Part shown: positions 36,395 through 45,993 of the stretch, piece after piece
Position numbering within the stretch: the first letter of the stretch is position 1
Layout of the letters: every line of letters starts with the position of its first letter
Source of the DNA: a phage
Strand: one strand, 5' to 3'
Length of the DNA: 64,000 nucleotides
Sequence record: PZ386961.1
Program-made: the position numbers and the translations under genes
Notes under the pieces: model-generated
The model's database searches: none
What the model saw: only the letters and a program-made list of their open reading frames with translations
Told to the model about the DNA's origin: nothing

Positions 36395-39094
36395 ATGGAA
36401 AACGTAGATTTTAAAAACTTACATTTAGTTGGTGATACAGAAACTGATGGTTTACTCCTTGAGTTCACTAAAGTTCACGTAATGGCTTTTGCAGACTATA
36501 AATCTGACGATGAAGAGCCACCTGTATGGGTCTTTACAGATGAGCCTATCCTCGGTCACAAGTACACTAAGTACATTAAGGGTGGTTTACGTGAAGGTGT
36601 TGAGTTTGCGTTAAAGGCAAAACGACTTTGTATCCATAATGGCCTCGGTTATGACTGGTGGGTTTTCAATCACATTGCACCGGATTTATGGAACTTTGAT
36701 AATCCAAAATGTAAGCCGTGGAGTAATTTCTTTCAGGATTCTCTTATTCAGTCTCGTGTTCAGTGGATGGATAGGCCAACTCCAAAAGGCTATAAAGGTG
36801 CTCATGGCTTGGCTGCATGGGGTGCTCGTGTTGGTGTTCGTAAACCAGAGATTGAACATTGGGGTGTGTGGGATGCAGAAATCTTCACTCGTGTTGTAGA
36901 AGATATCCGTATTAACGCCAAAACTAAACGGGCACTTGATAATGAGTATCTCAAGCTTAAGAAGTGTGGCATAGATACTTATGAAACCTATATGCGAGCT
37001 AAAGAAACATCTTTCTGGATGAGTCAACAAGCTATCAATGGTTGGAAAGCTGATAAGGAGCTTATGGAGTTTCATGTAAAGGAACTTGACAAGTTGACTA
37101 ATGAGCTTGCTTCAGAAGTTGAACCACATCTTCCTCCAACTATTAAGACCAAAGGTAAAGTCACTGGAGAAGAGTTTGCAAAAGCTTGGAATGAGTATGT
37201 TGAAGCATTCGGTCATGCAGATGGACTGAAGAGAATTACCAAGTACCCTAAGACAAAGTACCGTCAGCAGGTACGTAACGGTGAGATGCAGACATACGAA
37301 ATCAAGCCATTTGGTAAGCCAACTACAAAGATTTTTAACATTGAAAAGAGAAATTGCTACACCCCAACCAACCCTGTAACTGGTGAAGAGTACAAGGAAG
37401 GCTTTGTAGCAATGAAGGATGCTCGTGCAATTTGCAATGAGTTGAATGCAAAGATTGGTAAGAAATGCAAAGACTGGAAGCCAGTGAAAACAGTCAAAAC
37501 TGTGAAGTACTATAACAGTCACGTTGTTAACCACTTTGAACTTGAGTCAAGTCGCTACACAGGTTTGATTGATGCACCATATACACCAATTGAGTTCGAA
37601 GTTTCTCGCATGACTCAGGTAGCAGTTGTTAAAGACTACTTGAAATCAGTTGGTTGGATTCCAGATGACTGGAACTACAAGAAAGACTCAGATGGTCGCC
37701 CTGTCAAAGTTTGTCGTTTCAAAGACAATAAAAAGATGATTACAAAACATCCTAAGTGGCAGGAAATGGTTGAGCGGTGTGGTTTGAGTTATGTTGAACA
37801 TGAAGGTGTTCAGTACATTGAGCATAACTGGTCCGTGAAGAAATACACAGATTTGCTTGAACCTTGCTTAATCCGTACTTCACCAAAACTTACTGAATCA
37901 TCTTATGATACGATTGAAGGTGAGCTTGGACAGAAGATTGCTAAGTACTACACTTTGATGCACAGACGCAGAACTATTGAGAACTCAAAGGATGACGAGA
38001 AAGGTTGGCTGAACCAGATTCGTCCAGATGGTCGCCTTAGTGCTGGTGCAATGGTATTTGGTACTTCAACTGGACGTATGACACAATATGGTATTGTAAA
38101 CGTACCGTCTGGTGCTGCTGTCTATGGGGAACCAATGAGGGCAGTGTGGATTTGTGAAGAAGGTACAGATATCATCTCCGTAGACCAAAACTCAGCCCAG
38201 CTAGTTCTTCTTTGTAACTTTATGGGTGATGAAGACTTCACTAAAGCGGTAACTGAGGGTAAAGAGTCAGTTGAGTTCACTAAGCAAGATGATGGTAGAT
38301 ACTACTGCAAGCATCTTGACAAGTATCTTAACCCAGAAACTGACAAGTATCTGCGTTATGATGCTGAGAATGACCTCTATGAAGTCTACACAGGTACTGA
38401 TGCACATACACTGAACAGTATTTACTTTGGTTTGAACAAGGAAGAAGATATTGTTCGTTGTAGGGAGACACAGGATGAGGAACTTCTTCACGAGATTACA
38501 AAAGGCCGTAAGAAGGCTAAGAATGGTATCTACGCCCTGTTATTTGGAGCCGGAGACGAGAAGTTTGCAAAAACTATCAAGGCATCATCTACGGAAGAAG
38601 GTGCATTGACTAAACAAACTTACTTTGTGCGTCTGCCTAAGATTAAAAAGCTTCTGGACAGGTTAGAGGAAGACTTCAAAGCAACTAAGAAAGCACTTGA
38701 AGAGGTTTTCGGAAAAACTTCTGCAATTGCCAAAGGTGGCTATATCAAAGTTGCTGGAGCGTGGTTATGGTGTAAATCTCCACATAAGTTATTGAATTAC
38801 ACACTTATGGGCAGTGAGGCGCAGGTGCAGAATGAGGGTATTAACTTGGCTAACAGAGAGTTAACAGAGCGCAAGCTTACAGTTCTAAATGGTAGGAAGC
38901 CCGCTATTGGTGCTAGGTGGGTCTGTAGTTACCACGATGAGGTCTCTTTAGAGGTTCCAACCAAAGATGTACCTGATGTTAAGGAAATTATTGATAGAAT
39001 GTATGGTCAAGCATCAAAAAATCTTGGATTAAAGAGTAAGACGCTTGTTACAGGCACTGGTAAGGTAGGTAAGACATGGTACGCCGTACACTAA
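36395..39094 (+). CDS. DNA polymerase, family A (Pol I-like) with 3'-5' exonuclease domain
   Basis: Exo I DTETDGL; motif B-like KAKNGIYALLFGAG; motif C YHDEVSLEV; start at ATG 36395 after GGGAG RBS (track 36365). Confidence 0.9.
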   Translation: MENVDFKNLHLVGDTETDGLLLEFTKVHVMAFADYKSDDEEPPVWVFTDEPILGHKYTKYIKGGLREGVEFALKAKRLCIHNGLGYDWWVFNHIAPDLWNFDNPKCKPWSNFFQDSLIQSRVQWMDRPTPKGYKGAHGLAAWGARVGVRKPEIEHWGVWDAEIFTRVVEDIRINAKTKRALDNEYLKLKKCGIDTYETYMRAKETSFWMSQQAINGWKADKELMEFHVKELDKLTNELASEVEPHLPPTIKTKGKVTGEEFAKAWNEYVEAFGHADGLKRITKYPKTKYRQQVRNGEMQTYEIKPFGKPTTKIFNIEKRNCYTPTNPVTGEEYKEGFVAMKDARAICNELNAKIGKKCKDWKPVKTVKTVKYYNSHVVNHFELESSRYTGLIDAPYTPIEFEVSRMTQVAVVKDYLKSVGWIPDDWNYKKDSDGRPVKVCRFKDNKKMITKHPKWQEMVERCGLSYVEHEGVQYIEHNWSVKKYTDLLEPCLIRTSPKLTESSYDTIEGELGQKIAKYYTLMHRRRTIENSKDDEKGWLNQIRPDGRLSAGAMVFGTSTGRMTQYGIVNVPSGAAVYGEPMRAVWICEEGTDIISVDQNSAQLVLLCNFMGDEDFTKAVTEGKESVEFTKQDDGRYYCKHLDKYLNPETDKYLRYDAENDLYEVYTGTDAHTLNSIYFGLNKEEDIVRCRETQDEELLHEITKGRKKAKNGIYALLFGAGDEKFAKTIKASSTEEGALTKQTYFVRLPKIKKLLDRLEEDFKATKKALEEVFGKTSAIAKGGYIKVAGAWLWCKSPHKLLNYTLMGSEAQVQNEGINLANRELTERKLTVLNGRKPAIGARWVCSYHDEVSLEVPTKDVPDVKEIIDRMYGQASKNLGLKSKTLVTGTGKVGKTWYAVH

Positions 39095-39579
39095 CACTTC
39101 AAGATTACAAGGATAATTTTATTTACGACCCCGACAAAGGGGTCTTCTACAACAAGTATGACAGGAATAGACAAGCTAAAGCTGGGCAGATTGCAGGAGG
39201 TGCTGATGCTTACGGTTACAAAGTACTTAAATTCAAAGATGTCGTAATAAAAATTCATCACCTCGTTTGGTGGTTCGAACATGGTTACAAACCCACTAAG
39301 ATGATAGACCACATTGATGGTAACAGAAGTAATAATCACATTGCTAATCTTAGGGAGACTGATAAATACGGAAATGCACAAAATAGAATAAAGCAGACGA
39401 CTAATAAATCAGGTTACAAGGGTGTACATTACTTTAAAGACTGTAATAAGTGGAGGGCAGCTATAACATGCAGAGGTAAAAGGACATCACTTGGTTTATT
39501 TGACACACCAGAAGAAGCCCATAAAGCTTACTGTGAAGCTGCTATTAAACTCCACGGAGAGTTTGCAAAACTAAGTTGA
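39076..39579 (+). CDS. HNH homing endonuclease with AP2-like domain
   Basis: IDHIDGNRSNNHIANLRE HNH block; AP2-like SGYKGVHY...KWRAAI...LGLFDTPEEAHKAY; overlaps polymerase 3' end by 19 nt. Confidence 0.7.
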   Translation: MVRRTLTLQDYKDNFIYDPDKGVFYNKYDRNRQAKAGQIAGGADAYGYKVLKFKDVVIKIHHLVWWFEHGYKPTKMIDHIDGNRSNNHIANLRETDKYGNAQNRIKQTTNKSGYKGVHYFKDCNKWRAAITCRGKRTSLGLFDTPEEAHKAYCEAAIKLHGEFAKLS

Positions 39580-39630
39580 CAAGGTGCTCAGGGAAGAGTA
39601 CCTTATACTACATCTTGTATAGGAGGGCTT

Positions 39631-39840
39631 ATGAGTCACCGTGGAAGAACCCATGCAGCAATGATGAAAGGTGCTTCAAAGGAAACTATTAAGAACCGTA
39701 AGCAGAAGTTGTTTGAGAGGATGAACAGGTTAATTGATAACTCATCTCTTTCAGGTTCTGAGAAGGTTTTCTTGAAAGGTAATCTGAAAAGCATTGCACA
39801 AGAACTTATTGATATTGAGTATTGGAGACATCAAAAATGA
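39631..39840 (+). CDS. hypothetical protein
   Basis: 69-aa ORF, AGGAGGG RBS. Confidence 0.5.
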   Translation: MSHRGRTHAAMMKGASKETIKNRKQKLFERMNRLIDNSSLSGSEKVFLKGNLKSIAQELIDIEYWRHQK

Positions 39841-40055
39841 CACTTTCAGACGTTATTCAGCAACTTCGCGACAACTGCTACACCACAGAGTTGATTCAAG
39901 AGATGCTTATTGTGGTAATGCCTAGTAAGTTCTTAAAAGGTTTTAATCGTGAGGCTTTAAAGGTCGCGCATATCCTTATCGTTGACGGTAAGATTGCAAG
40001 AGACCGTACAGGTGTTCTTAAGGGTGAACGTATTGATATTCTGGAGTTGATATGA
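39822..40055 (+). CDS. hypothetical protein
   Basis: 77-aa ORF. Confidence 0.45.
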   Translation: METSKMTLSDVIQQLRDNCYTTELIQEMLIVVMPSKFLKGFNREALKVAHILIVDGKIARDRTGVLKGERIDILELI

Positions 40056-40187
40056 AGAAAATGTACAGCCTCTGGGGAAGGGTTGGTAAAGGTTTTGACT
40101 GGACACTTCTTCGTTCAAACGTTAAACGTAGTGAATTACCAGAACTCATCACTCACTATTTAAAAACATACAGAGAGATAGACTATC

Positions 40188-40445
40188 GTGAACAATAAGG
40201 TTAAGATTTGTGTGAAAGCAATGGTTGCACTTGGAGTAATTTTTCTATCTGGCTGCAACCCATCTTATGAAAACAAAGATGCTTCTTACAGCCTTCCTCC
40301 AGAGATGCAAGACTGCAAAATCTACAAACTCAATGGTGATGCTATAAGCAGAGATATTGTTGTTGTAAGATGTCCAAATTCTCAAACAACAACATCTTAC
40401 AACTATGGCAAAAATGGACAATCACACACTACGGTTATTGAGTGA
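40188..40445 (+). CDS. putative lipoprotein
   Basis: GTG start; signal peptide with canonical lipobox FLSGC; 85 aa. Confidence 0.5.
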   Translation: MNNKVKICVKAMVALGVIFLSGCNPSYENKDASYSLPPEMQDCKIYKLNGDAISRDIVVVRCPNSQTTTSYNYGKNGQSHTTVIE

Positions 40446-40455
40446 GGTTTTCGCG

Positions 40456-40662
40456 ATGGAAGTCTTAGTAAACTACATCTATTGTTATGATGTTGTTCAC
40501 TCCACTACAACGGTAGCTCAACGTAATCCAATCATCCCACGAGAAGGTGAGTTGGTTCGCATTGATGGTTGGACTTACACTGTGGAGAGCATCATTCATA
40601 AGTTTGATGTTGCTGGTGATGTTCAAGTTATTGATGTAGAGATTGGAGGTAAGAGAAAATGA
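40456..40662 (+). CDS. hypothetical protein
   Basis: Track ORF 40405..40662; start moved to internal ATG at 40456 with GAGTGAGG RBS. Confidence 0.4.
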   Translation: MEVLVNYIYCYDVVHSTTTVAQRNPIIPREGELVRIDGWTYTVESIIHKFDVAGDVQVIDVEIGGKRK

Positions 40663-40877
40663 CTGTAGAAGATAAATTTAAGAACGCAGTTCTTACAGAA
40701 GATGGTGAGCTTGAAACATTCATTCTTCGTGTTGATGGTAAGTTATTCCGGTGTCGTTGTGGGTCAAACTGTTTCCATAAACCAGATAAAAACGACTTAG
40801 AGCTTTACGCATGTAATGCTTGCAACACTTGGTATCACTCAGAGGTTAAAAATGACAATTCTGTACAAACAAAATAA
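40659..40877 (+). CDS. hypothetical Cys4 zinc-ribbon protein
   Basis: CRCGSNC...CNACNTW. Confidence 0.45.
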   Translation: MTVEDKFKNAVLTEDGELETFILRVDGKLFRCRCGSNCFHKPDKNDLELYACNACNTWYHSEVKNDNSVQTK

Positions 40878-41955
40878 AGATGGTTCCTTCAACGTCTGGT
40901 CATGTGTTGCTGTAGGTGACAAAGTTATCACAACCTATGGTAAAGAAAATGGCAAGATGATGTTTGAAGAGTACACAGCAGAGCCTAAGAACATCGGTAA
41001 AAAGAATGAGCGTAACGCTGAACAGCAAGCTCTCTTTGAAGTTACTGCTAAGTATAAAAAGCAAGTTGACCGTAAAGGTTATGCTTACACAAAAGAATCT
41101 GCACAGAACACTGAGAAGGTAGGTGTACAACTTGCTCACGATGCTGCAAAGGTTAGCCATGCAAAGTATCTGAAGTTCCCTGCTGATGCTCAACCAAAAC
41201 TTGATGGTGTCCGTTGTAGAATTTCAAGACACTTGAGTATTGGCAGTGTATTTACAGCATATTCTCGTGAGAATACTGTTTACAAAATCCCTACTGAACT
41301 AATACCTGACATTATGGCAATGTTAAGGCTCCACAAAGATGTTGATGAATTTGATGGAGAGATTTATGCTCATGGGTGGGACTTAGAAGATATCGTCTCC
41401 ATGATTAAAAATGAAGACAATCCTGACCGACATCTACTCAAGTTTTACTGGTATGATATCTGTGACAGTACTAAGACGTGGCCTGAGCGTAGAGATATCA
41501 TTGAGACTTCACCATTGAATGACTTTAGAGATGGCTGTAAAGTTGTCCCTGTTAAGTCTCGTCGTGTAAATTCTTGGGAAGAGTTTGATGAAGCTCATGA
41601 TAAGTGGGTTGAAGCTAAGTTTGAAGGTGCAATGTACCGTTCAATCTCTGAAGACTCCTTCTATGAGTGTTGTCACCGTTCATACTTCTTGATTAAGCAC
41701 AAGAAGATGCACACTGAAGAGTTTAAAGTGACTGGTGTCAAGACCGATAAACGTGGGCATGGTAAGTTCGTTGTAGAGACTCTTCCTAACGTCTTTGTAG
41801 ATGTTTCATGGAAAACTACACACGAGAAGAAACAGTATCTTGCTGAACATCCTGAAGAGTTTATCGGGAAACCTTTAACGGTTCAGTTCCAGAAGATGAC
41901 TCGTAAGGGTTCTTTACAGTTTCCTGTTGGGCTAGTTATTAGGGATTATGAGTAA
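40852..41955 (+). CDS. ATP-dependent DNA ligase
   Basis: Adenylation motif I PKLDGVRC; about 370 aa; start at internal ATG 40852 with GAGG RBS (track 40816). Confidence 0.8.
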   Translation: MTILYKQNKDGSFNVWSCVAVGDKVITTYGKENGKMMFEEYTAEPKNIGKKNERNAEQQALFEVTAKYKKQVDRKGYAYTKESAQNTEKVGVQLAHDAAKVSHAKYLKFPADAQPKLDGVRCRISRHLSIGSVFTAYSRENTVYKIPTELIPDIMAMLRLHKDVDEFDGEIYAHGWDLEDIVSMIKNEDNPDRHLLKFYWYDICDSTKTWPERRDIIETSPLNDFRDGCKVVPVKSRRVNSWEEFDEAHDKWVEAKFEGAMYRSISEDSFYECCHRSYFLIKHKKMHTEEFKVTGVKTDKRGHGKFVVETLPNVFVDVSWKTTHEKKQYLAEHPEEFIGKPLTVQFQKMTRKGSLQFPVGLVIRDYE

Positions 41956-41958
41956 ACT

Positions 41959-42105
41959 ATGTTCAGTACAGTCATTTTGTTTATACTGGTTGTCTTTGTA
42001 TTGTCATACGTTGCAAGTAAGCTTTTGGACACATCTTTTGCAATGGGTGTCTTGTTTACAATCTTTTGTTTCGTGACGCATATAGCTATCAGAACTTTTT
42101 TATAA
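41959..42105 (+). CDS. hypothetical small hydrophobic protein (48 aa)
   Basis: Not in track; two predicted TM segments; weak RBS. Confidence 0.25.
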   Translation: MFSTVILFILVVFVLSYVASKLLDTSFAMGVLFTIFCFVTHIAIRTFL

Positions 42106-42111
42106 AAGTTG

Positions 42112-42139
42112 TTGACATAGAAAATTTGGTGAGTATACT
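42112..42139 (+). promoter_or_regulatory. near-consensus sigma70 promoter (TTGACA-16-TATACT)
   Basis: Hexamers at 42112-42117 and 42134-42139; sits directly upstream of GG-pentamer repeat arrays. Confidence 0.6.
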
Positions 42140-42169
42140 GAGCAGCATAAACCGACGGGTACTCACCAG

Positions 42170-42470
42170 CATCACTTAAGAGTCTTTTAAAAGGGTTTTT
42201 AAGTGATGTCCGGTCGGGTGAGGTAGGGTTAAGTATTGTCCGGTACGGTAGGGTAAAGTACGGTACGGTAAGGTAAAGTAGGGTATGGGTAGTTAGTCTC
42301 AGCTACATTAAAATGAGACTTACCTTTTTAAAAGGTCTTTAAAGAGGGTCTTTTAATGAGGTCTGGCGCGGTAGGGTCTGGTCTTGTCCGGTCGGGTATG
42401 GCATGGTGTTGTGAGGTATGGGTGGATGGTAGTAGCCACGTTAAAAATCTACCAAGTTTCTAAAGAGTCT
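42170..42470 (+). repeat. two about 130-bp units, each an AT-rich stem-loop followed by about 14 period-5 GG-containing pentamers
   Basis: Unit 1 from about 42170 (CACTTAAGAG...TTAAGTG hairpin then TCCGG TCGGG TGAGG...); unit 2 from about 42330 (TTAAAAG...CTTTTAA hairpin then GGTCT GGCGC GGTAG...). Confidence 0.7.
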
Positions 42471-42511
42471 TCTGTTGAGGGTTCTTTACAAACAACTTAA
42501 CAATCAACTAA

Positions 42512-43117
<606 letters not shown>

Positions 43118-43119
43118 TT

Positions 43120-43560
43120 ATGAATACAAAAGCATTAGCAGCAAAGTTTAGTTACGGTGACACTGTATCACACTCTGAGATGGACACCTTCTTAGGTATT
43201 GTGAAGCCAACTTATCAAGGTGACATTGTTAAGTACGAAGATGAAATGAAGGCTTATGCGCTTACACGTCTAAACCGACTTGAGAAGTTTATTGAGAAGC
43301 TTCTTAAAGAAGAGAAGATTTATCTGGTTGCTTCAATGGGTGTTGGTTATCGTGTGGTTGAACCTAAGCATCAAGCAACTATTGCAAAACGCAAAATGTC
43401 TGGTAAGATTGGTCGTGCTTTAAAGCAAGCCACTCAAGCGATTGAGAATGTGAACACTATGGCACTTAGTCATCAAGAACGTTCACGACTGATTGAACAG
43501 CAAAATCACTTAGCTGCTATGAAAGCTAATATTAACAAGCAACGCAGAAAACCTTTCTAA
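43120..43560 (+). CDS. hypothetical protein
   Basis: Track ORF 43060..43560; start moved to internal ATG at 43120 just after the upstream stop. Confidence 0.45.
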   Translation: MNTKALAAKFSYGDTVSHSEMDTFLGIVKPTYQGDIVKYEDEMKAYALTRLNRLEKFIEKLLKEEKIYLVASMGVGYRVVEPKHQATIAKRKMSGKIGRALKQATQAIENVNTMALSHQERSRLIEQQNHLAAMKANINKQRRKPF

Positions 43561-43571
43561 GTTGACTAGGT

Positions 43572-43594
43572 AGCCTCTTCGGAGGCTCCTTTTT
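43572..43594 (+). terminator. rho-independent terminator
   Basis: AGCCTC-TTCG-GAGGCT hairpin followed by CCTTTTT. Confidence 0.65.
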
Positions 43595-43595
43595 A

Positions 43596-43860
43596 AAAGG
43601 TCTTTAAAGAAGGTCTTTTAATAAGGTAAGGCACGGTTATGTCAGGTATGGTACGGTACGGTTAGGTAAGGTGAGGCGGAGTAAGGTATGGGTAGTTAAT
43701 CGGAGCTACATTAAAATTCGATTACATCACTTAAGAGTCTTTTAAGAGGGTTTTTAAGTGAGGTGTGGCACGGTAATGTTAGGTAGGGTCAGGTCAGGTC
43801 AGGTGAGGTAAGGTAAGGTGATGTATGGAAGGATGGCAGTAGCCTTATAAAAAATCTGCC
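43596..43860 (+). repeat. second pair of stem-loop + GG-pentamer array units (heads/tails recombined relative to 42170..42470)
   Basis: TTTTTAAAAGGTCTTTAAAGAAGG head then GGTAA GGCAC GGTTA...; CACTTAAGAGTC head then GGTGT GGCAC...GGTCA GGTCA GGTCA GGTGA GGTAA. Confidence 0.7.
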
Positions 43861-43879
43861 AAATAAGCTATAAAATCTG

Positions 43880-43908
43880 TTGACAAGTCAGGTGTTATAG
43901 CTTATTTT
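43880..43908 (+). promoter_or_regulatory. candidate sigma70-like promoter (TTGACA-17-TATTTT)
   Basis: Perfect -35, weak -10; upstream of secreted-protein gene. Confidence 0.4.
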
Positions 43909-43952
43909 TATACTCAACGTAATACAAAATTTAATATAACTTTGAGGTCATT

Positions 43953-44336
43953 ATGAAAAAGATTTTATTAGCTGCTGCAATGGTTATGGCAATGAATTTA
44001 TCAGTCAATGCAACAGAACTTCCAAATGTGGACTTATCAGGTGTTCCAGAGGATACTTGCCAGATTGTAAAAGGTGTTGCTCTGGCCAATGGTGAGCTAC
44101 TTAAACCAATCTCTGAAGAGTCTTTAACAGAGATGACTGATAAGGTAACTGACTATCAATATCGCGTTCTTGCAGAGTATTTCCTGCAATCTGCAAATAT
44201 TAAAGAGAAGCACCATGATGATATTGATGTACAGGCGATGCTCAACCACCGTATCCAGTTTAAAGAAGATTTGATGCAAAAAGCTATGTATGGTGTTGAG
44301 TATTTCTTAGAAAACAGAAGCTGCACAGGTATTTGA
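43953..44336 (+). CDS. hypothetical secreted protein
   Basis: Signal peptide MKKILLAAAMVMAMNLSVNA; 127 aa. Confidence 0.55.
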   Translation: MKKILLAAAMVMAMNLSVNATELPNVDLSGVPEDTCQIVKGVALANGELLKPISEESLTEMTDKVTDYQYRVLAEYFLQSANIKEKHHDDIDVQAMLNHRIQFKEDLMQKAMYGVEYFLENRSCTGI

Positions 44337-44337
44337 T

Positions 44338-44550
44338 ATGGCTCTTAAAAAGTTACATCCCAGAAGCGGTTATGGTAAGATAATTGACGATACAGACGGC
44401 TTTACAGTCTTTACAGTCATCTGTCAAGATGATTCACAGATTGAAAAGGCTCTTGATGATTATCTTAATGATGAACGTGAAAAGGTCAGAGCTACAAACA
44501 TAGACTCATTAATTGATACTTCACGTAAACGGAAGAAGAAAGATGAATGA
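44338..44550 (+). CDS. hypothetical protein
   Basis: 70-aa ORF. Confidence 0.45.
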   Translation: MALKKLHPRSGYGKIIDDTDGFTVFTVICQDDSQIEKALDDYLNDEREKVRATNIDSLIDTSRKRKKKDE

Positions 44551-44842
44551 GGTTTTTGACCCTTATGCTCCACAAGATGATTGGGAGGCTGATAGAGAGG
44601 CTGAAATGGAGAGTTATATTTGTCCAATGGATGTAGACGAAATGAGAGACTTCGTTGCACATCGTTTTAAGAGAGAGATTAAATCCAGAGGTCTTTCTCA
44701 AGAACAAGTTGCTAAAATTTGTGGTATCTCTCAAGCTCGTGTATCCAACATAATCCACCTCACTGGGAATGTCTCTCTTGAGTATATGTTGGAAGTGTGT
44801 GAAAAATTTGGTGTTAATTTCAATTTAAGGTTGGCAGATTAA
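44543..44842 (+). CDS. HTH (XRE-like) DNA-binding protein
   Basis: Helix-turn-helix LSQEQVAKICGISQARVSNI; start at internal ATG 44543 (track 44513). Confidence 0.5.
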   Translation: MNEVFDPYAPQDDWEADREAEMESYICPMDVDEMRDFVAHRFKREIKSRGLSQEQVAKICGISQARVSNIIHLTGNVSLEYMLEVCEKFGVNFNLRLAD

Positions 44843-44843
44843 T

Positions 44844-45203
44844 ATGAAACGTGAAAACATTATCCACTCTGAAAACTTCGCATTAGGCTTTTATGGTGCA
44901 CCTACTCACCTTGAAAAGTACTACGGTGTAAAAATTCTTTCCAATCTCATTATGGCTTACAAAGATGGTAAGATTAAGCACACTGAGAAGAAACGTGTCA
45001 TGGGCTACATGGCTGTAGGTTCAGCAATCTCGAACATTAAGCTGGAAACCACTAGCAGTCAGATTGTAAAAGACCACTTCATCAAAGAGCTTTACCATAA
45101 TCTTGACGGTGTAGATGTTCAGGCTGTTTGGTTGGATGTTGATGGTTACAACTACACGAGTTTTGTTTTCAAAAACGACGACATTAAGTGCTTGTTCCCA
45201 TAA
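44844..45203 (+). CDS. hypothetical protein
   Basis: 119-aa ORF. Confidence 0.5.
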   Translation: MKRENIIHSENFALGFYGAPTHLEKYYGVKILSNLIMAYKDGKIKHTEKKRVMGYMAVGSAISNIKLETTSSQIVKDHFIKELYHNLDGVDVQAVWLDVDGYNYTSFVFKNDDIKCLFP

Positions 45204-45216
45204 TAGGTGATTAACT

Positions 45217-45732
45217 ATGATTGATATCTTCTTACAAGATGCTCATGCAGACTTCCTTAAAGAGATGCTTAAAAAGTTTATGGCTTCACAGTATGAGAAT
45301 GAAGCATCTTTTAAAATAGTTACATGTGGCGATGAAGCTGGTTTTGTTGAGATTGAACATGAAGGTACTGGAAAGACTGTTTGTAAGCTACCTGATAGTA
45401 TGTTCTCTAGTGCATTCTTAACAAAGACTAGTATAAATGTTAAGCTTGTACCTCAGATTGAAACATACTCTGGTACAGATTACCCTAAAGGTTTCAAGTC
45501 ATTGATGAAGTACTTCTTAGATGACTTTGTGGGTAATCTTCTGAGGGAGGTAAAAGAAAGTCGTACAGTGTTAACTGTAGAGAACATGGGAGGAACTATA
45601 AAGGTTACTTCTGACTGTTTTGTGATGAGCCTCTTCGACTTCGTTCCTAAGAACTTTGATGGTATTCTGGATGAAGAAGATGACTGTGTAGACTTTATAT
45701 TGGTTCTTGAACCAGTTTTTGAGGTTAAATAA
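45217..45732 (+). CDS. hypothetical protein
   Basis: 171-aa ORF. Confidence 0.5.
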   Translation: MIDIFLQDAHADFLKEMLKKFMASQYENEASFKIVTCGDEAGFVEIEHEGTGKTVCKLPDSMFSSAFLTKTSINVKLVPQIETYSGTDYPKGFKSLMKYFLDDFVGNLLREVKESRTVLTVENMGGTIKVTSDCFVMSLFDFVPKNFDGILDEEDDCVDFILVLEPVFEVK

Positions 45733-45993
45733 ATGAAAATTGAACACTGCTATGAGCCTGACGGAACACCTATCCGATGTCCACATTGTGGGTGTACAGA
45801 CTTACAAGGTGAGGTAAGTGAAATAGTCAACGGTCATATTGCTGAAGAAAGTACCCGATGCACAGGGTGTAATGAAATTATCGCTTTCTGGGCTTATGGT
45901 TCATACCAACCCTCTCCACATTTTATCTACCATCGTAGTAAAGTTGTGAAGAGTGTCATCAACTGGTTCATTAAGAAAGGGTTTACAAAATGA
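45733..45993 (+). CDS. hypothetical zinc-ribbon protein
   Basis: CPHCGC...CTGCNE; 86 aa. Confidence 0.45.
   Translation: MKIEHCYEPDGTPIRCPHCGCTDLQGEVSEIVNGHIAEESTRCTGCNEIIAFWAYGSYQPSPHFIYHRSKVVKSVINWFIKKGFTK

Noticed and set aside
20584-39094. Group I introns or inteins in nrdA, nrdD or the DNA polymerase
   Set aside because: All three ORFs are continuous and of normal length; the endonuclease genes are free-standing at gene ends, not embedded.
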